This document shows, one piece after another, positions 27,815-37,702 of a stretch of DNA of 64,000 nucleotides. Each line of letters starts with the position of its first letter. The stretch's first letter is position 1. Position numbers and translations under genes: made by a program. Source of the stretch: a virus. The notes under the pieces are model-generated. The model saw only the letters and a program-made list of their open reading frames with translations. It ran no database searches and was not told the DNA's origin. The DNA lies in IMG/VR virus record IMGVR_UViG_3300027759_000051; one strand, given 5' to 3'.

Positions 27815-29320
27815 GTGGCACGTGTAATAAACCGTCTCTCAACATACGACGCGCTTCTCTCTGTTGACCCATCTTCTAGAGTTGCAATTCCCCTATCTGG
27901 TCAGAATGTTTACCAGTCTTCGAGCGCAAACTTCATAAACGGATCAGCATCACTCTTTTTAACTGCCCCCGCCTCTGGTTCTGTTGCTATATCTGCTGGT
28001 GATCGCATATCAATTGTCGGAAATTCAAATTCATTTGAGAGCTACGGATCATTAACTGGCGAGAGGCTGGTGCAGGCTGTTGGGACAATTAGTTCACTGA
28101 AATTTGTTGTGATAGATGCTGACGCTTACGCAATCTCAAGACCCACGGCTGTCGGCGCCTCGGCTGACGCTCAGGTTAGAAAAGTATATTCACATTCTTG
28201 GGATGTGAATGCCACAACCCAGACAGTATCAAGCAACTTTGAAAATCTAAGTCGTTATGTTTTAAGAATTATTCCAGAAGACACAACTACCGACATAGTT
28301 ATGACACTTAGTAACGTTCAGTTATTAGCAAGCGATACTGGAAGATTGTTTCAGTTTAACGCCAAATTAAAATCGGAATCAAAAATAGACGTTACTAGCA
28401 AGCTTGCAGAATCTGGTGAACTAGCAGGTCAGGTTGGGGTTTCAAAAACACTGTTTGGCGGAAGGTACGCAGCAATAAGAACAAATCAGCTGACACCATT
28501 GATTGGCAACTCTGACTATATATATGTTGATATTCAACTGACGATAAGTGGTCATTCCGGTGAAGATATCTACTTCACGCTTCCAAACTTGGTAGATGAA
28601 GAAGTTTTTTACGAAAATTGGTTTGTTCAAAAATCAAGAAGTATTATGCCAGACTTCTATTGGGACTATGATTACGATCAAGAAAATCCTAAGAATCCAT
28701 TTTTTAAACTAATAGACGCAATGATGGTTGTGGCTAACCAAACAAGAGAAGAATATTTTAATAATATTCCTTACGAGAAAAACGAAATTGATTTACTTTC
28801 TGAACAAATTAATCCAGAATTTAGATCAAATTTAGTTGATCCTTTCTATGTCAAAAACGAATACATTCCTTGGCTGTCGCAGTTTAATGGGGCAAAGATA
28901 AAAAGAAACATAACGCTTGCAGACGGAAGTAGACTTTTCCCAAATACTGCAACAGAAAACGAGTACGCAAGGTGGCAGTTAAATACTGGCTTCTACGGAT
29001 TGAATGCAGGGACAAGAGAAGCTATAATAGAATCGGCACGTCAGGCTCTTATCTTCACAAAAGATGGGACTCAGCCGACTAGGGCTGTTGCGCTGTCAAC
29101 TGGATATGGCGGAAACGTATTCTCCATACGCATACAGACACTCGTCAACGAGACGCCAGACGTAACTTCTGACGGTGAGAGTAGTTACGCAATCTTGGAC
29201 GCTATTGAGCAGGCTCGCCCACTTGGGTACAAGATCATTCATACCGCCGCTGACGTCTTTGAATTTACGCTTGGCGACTTTACTTTAGGGGTACTCGGCT
29301 CAGTCGGGCTTGGTTCTTGA
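27815..29320 (+). CDS. Baseplate wedge/tail protein I-like
   Basis: MPDFY..YD, YIPWLSQFNG, GTREAI, EQARPLG; follows J. Confidence 0.75.
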   Translation: MARVINRLSTYDALLSVDPSSRVAIPLSGQNVYQSSSANFINGSASLFLTAPASGSVAISAGDRISIVGNSNSFESYGSLTGERLVQAVGTISSLKFVVIDADAYAISRPTAVGASADAQVRKVYSHSWDVNATTQTVSSNFENLSRYVLRIIPEDTTTDIVMTLSNVQLLASDTGRLFQFNAKLKSESKIDVTSKLAESGELAGQVGVSKTLFGGRYAAIRTNQLTPLIGNSDYIYVDIQLTISGHSGEDIYFTLPNLVDEEVFYENWFVQKSRSIMPDFYWDYDYDQENPKNPFFKLIDAMMVVANQTREEYFNNIPYEKNEIDLLSEQINPEFRSNLVDPFYVKNEYIPWLSQFNGAKIKRNITLADGSRLFPNTATENEYARWQLNTGFYGLNAGTREAIIESARQALIFTKDGTQPTRAVALSTGYGGNVFSIRIQTLVNETPDVTSDGESSYAILDAIEQARPLGYKIIHTAADVFEFTLGDFTLGVLGSVGLGS

Positions 29321-29391
29321 TGATGTCAATATTTAATGTATTTTTTAACAATATTTCAATGATAAACTGTTTTTATATGGGAGTATAAATT

Positions 29392-30318
29392 ATGCCGATT
29401 AAAAAATTTGTAGATGCGGAAATCCTGACCGCAGATGAAGTAAATACATATTTGATGGATCAGACCGTTGTTGTCTTTGAAAACGCCGCGGCGAGAGATG
29501 CCGCATTTTCCACAGTAAACGCAGCCCTCCCAACCCGCGGTGACGGTGGCAGACTTTGCTATCTGAAAAACACTGCTGTAATCCAGTACTGGAACGGAAC
29601 CACTTGGGTTGACTCGTCTTCGTTTACCACGCCAGATGACTCAATAACTAATGCAAAAGTAAATACAAGCGCTGCAATAGCACTCTCAAAACTCGCATCT
29701 GGCACATCTGGTCAGATAATCGTTGCAAACTCTTCTGGAGTGCCTACATACGTAACCCTCAGTGGTGATGCAACAATCTCCAATGCGGGCGTTGTCTCAA
29801 TTGGGGCAAATAATGTTGCTCTAGGAACCGATACAACCGGAGACTATGTTGCTTCACTTGTTCAGGGGACGGGCTTAACAATAACCAATAACTCCGGCGA
29901 GGGAGCAACTCCAACTATCTCAATCGGTCAGGCAGTGGGAACCGCAAGCAATGTTCAGTTTGCAGCCATCACAGGTTCTTCAGCGTCAGTCACGGGAAAC
30001 GTGGTTTATCACATAGGAACAGCATCGGTAGCCTCTGGTGGGTCGCTTTCCTTATCCGAAAACGGTAAGTTTGTTGAACTCACTGGCAATAGTGCCACGC
30101 TGACGGTTCCCAACATAAGTTGGACGCCTGGCTCTCAAATAACCGTTATGCAAATGGGGACAGGTTCTGCAACCATAACCTTCACGGGAGCAACCGACAT
30201 AAAAGCCGAACCGCGAACTTCAGCCAGTGTTATCACCTTTAGGACGCAATATTCAAGCGCTACGCTGATAAACCGCGGTTCAGCCGACTGGTACGCCATA
30301 GGCGATTTGAAGGCCTAA
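29392..30318 (+). CDS. Tail fibre protein
   Basis: N-terminal EILTADEVNTYLM anchor; C-terminal RTQYSSATL...IGDL domain shared with 32868..33668. Confidence 0.8.
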   Translation: MPIKKFVDAEILTADEVNTYLMDQTVVVFENAAARDAAFSTVNAALPTRGDGGRLCYLKNTAVIQYWNGTTWVDSSSFTTPDDSITNAKVNTSAAIALSKLASGTSGQIIVANSSGVPTYVTLSGDATISNAGVVSIGANNVALGTDTTGDYVASLVQGTGLTITNNSGEGATPTISIGQAVGTASNVQFAAITGSSASVTGNVVYHIGTASVASGGSLSLSENGKFVELTGNSATLTVPNISWTPGSQITVMQMGTGSATITFTGATDIKAEPRTSASVITFRTQYSSATLINRGSADWYAIGDLKA

Positions 30319-30320
30319 TC

Positions 30321-31769
30321 GTGGCATTAGGACCGCTATCTCAGCCAGGCGCTAGCGCAAGGCTTCCAACAGCCCCAACGAGCATTTCTGCCACGGCGGT
30401 CTCGGGTGGGCAAGCAACTGTATCCTTCGTGGCGTCAACCAACCCAGGCAAGGGTTCCGGGAACTACGTAGTTACTTCATCTCCTAGTTCATTTACCGCA
30501 AATGGTGCTAGTTCTCCCATAACGGTAACTGGATTGGCTACTGGTACTGCATACACATTTACGGTAGTGAAGCAATCTGGGTCGGGAATAAGTTCTGCAA
30601 CTTCTGGTGCTTCTGGCTCGATTACCGCCTTTGTTCCACCAACTTTTGGCACTCAAACAGGGACATCAACTGCTACTGCCCCAAGCACCTCAACTACGGG
30701 TATTTCCAACGTATACACAACAACCGGAACTCTCAGTTATTCTCTTGGCGCTGGTGCTGCATTTTATGACTATTCAAGGATTTCTGGAACTGCGGTTACG
30801 CCGTCTGGAGACTCGCTAAGTGGTCTTGCTGAAAATACATCACACGAATGGCGTGTCAGAACAACAAATACTTCATCAACTTTTGCCTTAACCACAAGAG
30901 TCACCCCAAACGGAAGTACGACAACAGTTGCAGTTGAGTACGGAACCTCCGGGAGTTACGGTTCTAGCGCTGGTTCAGTAAGCATAGGCGCAGGGATATC
31001 TGAAGTCACATCGTCGTGGAACCTTGGGTCCAGTACTTCAGCGACCATATACTGGCGCGCTACGGCAACTTATGCTGGTGGAGCTTCAGTGCAAACAACT
31101 GGGACAATAAGTAGAGAAGTTTCTGTTTATAACGGTAACTCTACTGGTGCATTCATTACCTACACCAGTCGCACATACACCAACGATGCTACTTCAATGA
31201 GCATTACAAAACCATCCTACGGAGCAAATATCCCTCTTGAATTCTGGCTTACGGGTGGCGGTGGTGGTGGTGGAAATACTTCTAGCGCCCTTGGCTATGG
31301 AGGTGGGGGTGGTGGAGCAATAACTACAGCGAGTGCACTGACACATACATCTGGAAATATAACAATATCGCGCGGTGCCGGAGTGGCGGCTGGCGGAACC
31401 GGTGGAACTACTTCGTTATCGTACTCTGGTGGAACATACACCGCTGCTGGAGGAAATCCAGGAACTGGAAACTTCCAAGGCGGAAGCAGTGGAAATGGCA
31501 ATGCTGGGCATCTAGGCAGTGGAATTACTGGAGGCGGTGGTGGCGGTGTAGCGGGTGCTGCTACGAATCTTAACGGCGGCTCTGGAAATACGTTTGTTCA
31601 GCACTCAGGAGGCGGTCCCGGATTCTACGATAATGGATTTGGCTCATTCGGCTATGGTGTCTACATATACAGCGCCGAAGGAAACTCTGGCGCTGGTGGC
31701 AAGGGCGCTGGCGGCTCTGGCGCTACAGGGTATTTCAACATAACATATGTCGGTCCAGCAAGAAACTAG
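30321..31769 (+). CDS. FN3 + glycine-rich adhesin/tail tip protein
   Basis: N-terminal FN3 (PTAPTSISA...TGLATGTAYTFTV); C-terminal poly-Gly motifs. Confidence 0.8.
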   Translation: MALGPLSQPGASARLPTAPTSISATAVSGGQATVSFVASTNPGKGSGNYVVTSSPSSFTANGASSPITVTGLATGTAYTFTVVKQSGSGISSATSGASGSITAFVPPTFGTQTGTSTATAPSTSTTGISNVYTTTGTLSYSLGAGAAFYDYSRISGTAVTPSGDSLSGLAENTSHEWRVRTTNTSSTFALTTRVTPNGSTTTVAVEYGTSGSYGSSAGSVSIGAGISEVTSSWNLGSSTSATIYWRATATYAGGASVQTTGTISREVSVYNGNSTGAFITYTSRTYTNDATSMSITKPSYGANIPLEFWLTGGGGGGGNTSSALGYGGGGGGAITTASALTHTSGNITISRGAGVAAGGTGGTTSLSYSGGTYTAAGGNPGTGNFQGGSSGNGNAGHLGSGITGGGGGGVAGAATNLNGGSGNTFVQHSGGGPGFYDNGFGSFGYGVYIYSAEGNSGAGGKGAGGSGATGYFNITYVGPARN

Positions 31770-31780
31770 CGAGGGATATA

Positions 31781-32191
31781 GTGCCATCATTTTATTTTGC
31801 ACAAATTGACAGTGAGGATAACGTCATAAATATCCTTGCCTCAAATGAAGACTGCGAAGATGCGGAAGTAGATTTAAATTCTTTAAAAACAATTTTCCCT
31901 ACAGATATATGGGTTCAAACATATCGGGAAGTAGAAGGCGTTCGCTTTGCATCAATTGGTGGAAAATACGACAGTGAAACAAACTCTTTTATTGATAAAA
32001 AACCCGAAGAATACCCTTCTTTTGTATTGAATAACGGTGGATGGTATCCACCCATCCCTAAGCCAGATAAATATACGGCAGACAATTGGCCACTTGAAAA
32101 TGGGGAATATACTGACGCTCATGCATTTTACTGGGATGAGGAATCGCTATCTTGGAAAATTATGATTTTCAGGCCAGATAATGATATTTAA
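31781..32191 (+). CDS. Fibre-associated (assembly/chaperone-like) protein
   Basis: YFAQID..NVINI...WVQT...ASIGGKYD....FI...WYPPIPKP...WDEESLSW, a family usually found after Gly-rich fibre genes. Confidence 0.7.
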   Translation: MPSFYFAQIDSEDNVINILASNEDCEDAEVDLNSLKTIFPTDIWVQTYREVEGVRFASIGGKYDSETNSFIDKKPEEYPSFVLNNGGWYPPIPKPDKYTADNWPLENGEYTDAHAFYWDEESLSWKIMIFRPDNDI

Positions 32192-32405
32192 GCGTACAAC
32201 CGGGAAGAACCATAAAGTATCGCCGCTTGACCTCGTTAAGAAAGATACCGACTTTGCTCCAGTTGAGATTCAAGAATCACGCTACTCAGTATGCACTGAT
32301 TGTGACCGCTTGACCAAGACAACCAAACAGTGCAAAGAATGCGGTTGCTTCATGAAACTCAAGGTGAAGCTAGCTGAGGCAGTTTGCCCACTTAATAAGT
32401 GGTAA
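32181..32405 (+). CDS. Small 6-Cys protein (DUF6171-like)
   Basis: RYSVCTDC...CKECGCFMKLKVKL..AVCPLNKW. Confidence 0.8.
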   Translation: MIFKRTTGKNHKVSPLDLVKKDTDFAPVEIQESRYSVCTDCDRLTKTTKQCKECGCFMKLKVKLAEAVCPLNKW

Positions 32406-32744
32406 CTAGCTCTCTTCAATCCCGTTAAAAGTAACGGATACAGACGCTCCACCGGAATTAGAGAAAACAACAAGTTTCTCAGAAGCGGTTAAGACCAAGG
32501 AAGTATTGAGAAGAATCGTTTCTTTTGCAGATATTGGGGCATCAAATACGAAGCAATCTGCCTCATTTAGTGTTGAGTCACTCGACCCAAGAACGCCAAT
32601 CCTGAAAGACGCAGGCGATACGGTTGAGGTGTTGCAAGCCATCACCTGTTTAACTATGGCGGTTGTAGCTAATGGAACGGTATAGGCAATAGACGCAGAA
32701 GAAATCATTGCTGGCCCATATAGGCGTTTTGGCGTTATTGTCAC
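32406..32744 (-). CDS. Small beta-rich putative virion protein
   Basis: TPKRLYGP...YTVP..TTAIVKQVMACN...LVLTASEKL...FNGIE; SD GGAGG. Confidence 0.7.
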   Translation of the reverse strand: MTITPKRLYGPAMISSASIAYTVPLATTAIVKQVMACNTSTVSPASFRIGVLGSSDSTLNEADCFVFDAPISAKETILLNTSLVLTASEKLVVFSNSGGASVSVTFNGIEES

Positions 32745-32852
32745 TGGAAAACCTCCATTAAGAACTTTATTTTACTATTTAAATACCTTCAAAAGCATCA
32801 TTTCTTAGTCTTTGTTTTTAATAGTTGCAACATTTTACCCATGCCTAGTTGA

Positions 32853-33667
<815 letters not shown>

Positions 33668-33668
<1 letters not shown>

Positions 33669-34510
33669 TGCGAGGGCGAATAGGGATATTTGCAATCAAA
33701 ATTTCGGCTACGGTGCCTAACGCGCCTGCTGCTCCTACGGTTTCTCAGGGTACTGGCGCAAATACAACGGACACTTTTACCTGGGTAGCCCCAGCAGCCA
33801 ATGGTGCAGCAATTACTCAGTACGGCTACCAGACAAGCACCAACAATGGCGCTAGTTACAATGCCGAGGTTACGACAGCAAACCTCACCTTAGGGATAGA
33901 AACTGCCTATTCAGCGATTTCCTACAAACTAAGAGTCAGGGCTTATAACTCTGTTGGTGCGGGTCCTTACAGTACAATTTCTACTAACGGTACTGGTGCT
34001 TGGGCGTTGGGTGCTGTTTCTCAATCACAGAGTTGTTCACAAAGTTGTTCACAAGGTTGTTCTTGTGGTGCTTGTGATTGTGGTTCAAACAATGGTACAC
34101 AAACAGGGACACAAACAGGTACACAAAGCAGGACATGCTATACTTGGACTAGGTCAGGTAGCACAACTTCAATAGCCTATAACTCTAACGGAACCACTGC
34201 TTGTAATGCTACTTACGGTGCATGTGGTTCATTTGGTGCTTGTGGTTCATTTGGTGGATGTACGGCTTGTTCGGGTTGTGGTACATGGTCTGATGTTTCA
34301 CAAGATTATGGTGCTGGAACAATTTGCGACACAAATGGTGGTGGTTGTGTGGCAATGTATTGGAATGGAAGCGTATTTGCCTACTCTGCTTATTCAAACG
34401 ATGCTGTTTGTGGTCCAGGTAATTGGGAAAATAACTTTTACATTGTTCAAAGATGTTCTGCAACTGGCGCATTGCGCTACAGGGCTGGACCTTTCTGCAT
34501 AGAGTCATAA
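33668..34510 (+). CDS. FN3 + cysteine-rich adhesin/tip protein
   Basis: FN3 (VPNAPAAP..WVAPAANGAAITQY...RVRAYNSVGAGPYS) followed by 18 Cys in ~160 aa. Confidence 0.82.
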
Positions 34511-34521
34511 AAGGAGGGAAA

Positions 34522-34779
34522 ATGCAAATTATAAGCAAAGATGCTTGGCTTGAATGGAGAAAGAAAAACATTGAACGTCAAGAAACTGGTGTAGTGCGAC
34601 CTTGGGATTTTATAAACCCAGATACCCAATTTGCGCCAGAAGAAGAACAAGACCGTAGATACTCAATATGTTCTGACTGCACCCATTTAACAGCATTAAA
34701 AACTTGTACGCATTGCGGATGTTTTATGCCAAACAAAACAAAGTTGTTACATGCTAAATGTCCAATAGGAAAATGGTAA
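34522..34779 (+). CDS. Small 6-Cys protein (DUF6171-like), paralogue of 32181..32405
   Basis: RYSICSDC...CTHCGCFMPNKTKL..AKCPIGKW; start ATG 34522 after SD AGGAGG. Confidence 0.8.
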   Translation: MQIISKDAWLEWRKKNIERQETGVVRPWDFINPDTQFAPEEEQDRRYSICSDCTHLTALKTCTHCGCFMPNKTKLLHAKCPIGKW

Positions 34780-34901
34780 ACGTGATTAGCGTTATCACTT
34801 GCACGTACAACACACCACCCGATGTACTAGCCCGAACATGGGCATCCCTTAAAGCACAGACCTTCACCGATTGGGAATGGGTGGTCAATCCTGTTTTTTA
34901 A
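34773..34901 (+). pseudogene. Truncated GT2 glycosyltransferase N-terminus
   Basis: MVNVISVITCTYNTPPDVLARTWASLKAQTFTDWEWVV then NPVF*; breaks off where the opposite-strand gene ends. Confidence 0.75.
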
Positions 34902-35952
34902 TTTCATACCATCCAGCACCCCAAAGTGTCTGTAGACGGTAGAAATACTTTTGATACATTAAGCCAACAGCTTCTAATCCGTAGCGTCCCTTGGAGTACT
35001 CGCTAATTGCTTTACGGTCAAGAGTTTTGACGTTCTCGGCGGCATCTATAAACTCTTGCAAAGTGTGACACCTAAACCCTGTCATGCCGTCAATAACTGT
35101 TTCCGTGAATGCGCCCCAGTCAGTAGAGATAACTGGTGAACCACAGGCCATCGCCTCAACAGCTACCGTGCCAAAAGGCTCCACGTAAAGAGTGGGGGTG
35201 AATGTAGCGATAGCCCCACCCATTAGTTTGGCGCGTTCTTCTGTACCCACTACTCCGACGTATTCACCGTATTCGGGTGGAGTTCCCTGCCCGGCGATGA
35301 GCAGGCGCTTCCCGAGCAATTTACACACATCTACGGCGATCTGATACCCCTTGCGGTCAATCAGACGACCAATGTACAGATAGTAATCTTCTGGCGTTTC
35401 TTGTAGCGGAAAGTCTTTAACGTCAATGTAGCTCGGTATTACCGTGTCATAGAACTTACCATCGAGTGCGTGAGGGTCGGTTACCTTAGACCCGTAGCAA
35501 GAGTGCATCCATGCGTAGGACTCAAATACTTTGTAGTCCGCAAATGACCCGCCGTACCCAATGCCAAACTCTACGCTAATCGCTTGTGGAAATGCGTCGG
35601 CAATTGGCTTAGAGGCATAGCCAGCGATTAAGCAAATAAAGTCTTTTTTTTCAAATCTGTTGCCAATTTCTCTAATGGCATTTCCGTTAAAAGTCCTCCA
35701 ATGGGGAAGGTTCCAGTCAAAAGAAGCTGCTGAGTAGTGATTGTTGCCTACAGCGCCTAAGCGCTGTTCTTCAGTAATGCATGTAATGTGCTCGTCACAT
35801 GGTGCCTCATTGAACTCACCTCCATAGAGGAATACGGCATGCCCGAGATCCTTCATCATGATGCAGAACTTGCGGACTTTCTCCGTGTAGGCACAAGCCG
35901 TGAAGTCTTCAGTCGTGTTTGTGTGCGGGAGGGAGACTACATGAAAACGCAT
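34885..35952 (-). CDS. GT4-family glycosyltransferase
   Basis: YLYIGRLIDRKG, EPFGTVAVEAMACGSPVISTDWG. Confidence 0.92.
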   Translation of the reverse strand: MRFHVVSLPHTNTTEDFTACAYTEKVRKFCIMMKDLGHAVFLYGGEFNEAPCDEHITCITEEQRLGAVGNNHYSAASFDWNLPHWRTFNGNAIREIGNRFEKKDFICLIAGYASKPIADAFPQAISVEFGIGYGGSFADYKVFESYAWMHSCYGSKVTDPHALDGKFYDTVIPSYIDVKDFPLQETPEDYYLYIGRLIDRKGYQIAVDVCKLLGKRLLIAGQGTPPEYGEYVGVVGTEERAKLMGGAIATFTPTLYVEPFGTVAVEAMACGSPVISTDWGAFTETVIDGMTGFRCHTLQEFIDAAENVKTLDRKAISEYSKGRYGLEAVGLMYQKYFYRLQTLWGAGWYEIKKQD

Positions 35953-35954
35953 AT

Positions 35955-36563
35955 TTATTTCTCCACGGCAAGAACTATGCTGTCAACGCAGGAATGGACT
36001 TTTGATGTTGCGTACATCTCGTACTTTAGCCCTGTTTTATCAAAGTAGTCTTTTAATTCAGAAGAACGTTGCTCGTAGCTGTCCATGTTGTAGTTATCAA
36101 AAAGAATATCTTCAATCATATAAATTCCGCCATCTTCAACAATGTCAAACATATTTTCAAACGTCTTGATTGTCAGTTCAACGATATGCGAAGCGTCGTC
36201 AAGAACAATGTCAACTTTTTTTCCAATTAGCTTCTTTAGATGCTGCAGAGTATTTGGATTTTTTTGATCAATGAAATACGTTTTGATTTTGCCGCGCTCA
36301 AAGAGAAGGTGCTCTTTTATATCTGCTCCATAGATATCAGCGTCCGGAAACGTCTCCGCCCAGGCAAATAAGTCAGTGTGCTGATTGTCGCCTAAGAACA
36401 AACCTATTTCCAGAAATGATTTTGGAGATCTATGCGCAAGAAGGTGCGAATACACTTCCTCATAGCCGTGGTGAGAAGACTTGTCTGAACCAGCAGCAGT
36501 AAACTCTAAAGAAAGTTTTTTAGCAAAGTTTTCGTCGTATGAGTATTCTTTATGTAGTTTCAC
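35955..36563 (-). CDS. SAM-dependent methyltransferase (sugar O-methyltransferase-like)
   Basis: GSDK..HHGY..VY, FLEIG, YGADI, DIVLDDASH, GGIYMIED. Start probably GTG 36563. Confidence 0.8.
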   Translation of the reverse strand: MKLHKEYSYDENFAKKLSLEFTAAGSDKSSHHGYEEVYSHLLAHRSPKSFLEIGLFLGDNQHTDLFAWAETFPDADIYGADIKEHLLFERGKIKTYFIDQKNPNTLQHLKKLIGKKVDIVLDDASHIVELTIKTFENMFDIVEDGGIYMIEDILFDNYNMDSYEQRSSELKDYFDKTGLKYEMYATSKVHSCVDSIVLAVEK

Positions 36564-36564
36564 T

Positions 36565-36951
36565 TTAGAACCACCAGAAGTGTTTAAGGATTGAAAGTGA
36601 TGCAAGAACAACCCAAGCGCAGTTAAACAAAATAATTGTTGGGAGCGTTTTACGAGTTGAAGTCCAAATAAGAGCGACGCTCGAGATAATGGCAAAGATA
36701 TAGAGCCACCAGAACTGCTTGCCGAGAAGTAGGCCGGGAAAAATAATTGCAATCTTGGTAGTAAATCCCCATGCTTCTACTGTATTGACACGGTTCCAAT
36801 ACTTCTTGGAACTCATTGTTTTGACGGCGTTGAATACCTTGTTGTTAATTTTTCGTTTCTTCATGTTGGCCGTTTTGTAAGTTTCCCCAAGCAAGTATGA
36901 CAAGTCTTCAGCTGCAACATTTTTATTAGTTTTCGCCATCCGCTTCATCAT
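36565..36951 (-). CDS. Small membrane protein
   Basis: About three hydrophobic segments in the C-terminal half. Confidence 0.7.
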   Translation of the reverse strand: MMKRMAKTNKNVAAEDLSYLLGETYKTANMKKRKINNKVFNAVKTMSSKKYWNRVNTVEAWGFTTKIAIIFPGLLLGKQFWWLYIFAIISSVALIWTSTRKTLPTIILFNCAWVVLASLSILKHFWWF

Positions 36952-37702
36952 TTTCCCTTCGTTTCTGTCTGTAGAACAACGTGGGATCTTTTGCTTTCAT
37001 CAAAAGTTTTCCTGTTCCGCCGTTTTTGACTAAATTAAAAAGAGATTTATTACCCCAAACCAGTGTTTCAATTTCTGCGTCTCTTCTTATTGGAAGCATG
37101 TGCTGGAGCGGTGTTCCTTCCGGAATCATGAACTCTTCTCTGGATCTAATATTTAGCACAATATGAATTTGATGATAATAGTCTGAATGTACAATTCCGG
37201 GAACAACCGTGTATCGAGGGTCTGGCTCGCTAAGAACTGGCAGTGCAAGCAAAGATGTACCCTTTTCCGTTACGTACCTCCACGGGGATACGAGTTTTGG
37301 AAAATGAGATTCTGGAAGTTCTCTATCTTTCGTAAAAGGACACTCCCCTGTCATTTGAAAAGGAAATCCTTCAACTTGAAATCTAACTTCTTCGTCAAAC
37401 TGATCCATTTTGAGGTCAAAAGTTTTACCATCCACAGACGGTCTGACATAGATATTTGACCATGCAGGGATAGTAAAACCGCTTGTCATGTAGTCGTAGT
37501 TTCCTTGGCATCTCCTAAAAGAATCTTTACCTTTGGGAAGTTTATGAAACCAAGATGGAAGGTTGCTTTTATTAAGGTATGGAGGGTTTTTTAATAAGCG
37601 ATTATCCATCGGAATGATAATCACTTCACCTTTTTTAGCCTTTGGAATGTCAGAATGAAATAAAAATTGTTTATATTTGTATTTGTCGGAGCGCTTCCGC
37701 AT
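36926..37702 (-). CDS. DUF6065-like protein
   Basis: PSWF...RRC...YMTSGFTIP, KLVSPW..VTEKGTSLL, PGIVHSD, IPEGTPL. Confidence 0.6.
   Translation of the reverse strand: MRKRSDKYKYKQFLFHSDIPKAKKGEVIIIPMDNRLLKNPPYLNKSNLPSWFHKLPKGKDSFRRCQGNYDYMTSGFTIPAWSNIYVRPSVDGKTFDLKMDQFDEEVRFQVEGFPFQMTGECPFTKDRELPESHFPKLVSPWRYVTEKGTSLLALPVLSEPDPRYTVVPGIVHSDYYHQIHIVLNIRSREEFMIPEGTPLQHMLPIRRDAEIETLVWGNKSLFNLVKNGGTGKLLMKAKDPTLFYRQKRRENDEADGEN

Noticed and set aside
14508-29320. Extracellular contractile injection system or tailocin
   Set aside because: Portal, terminase, prohead protease and neck genes are present, so this is a phage tail.
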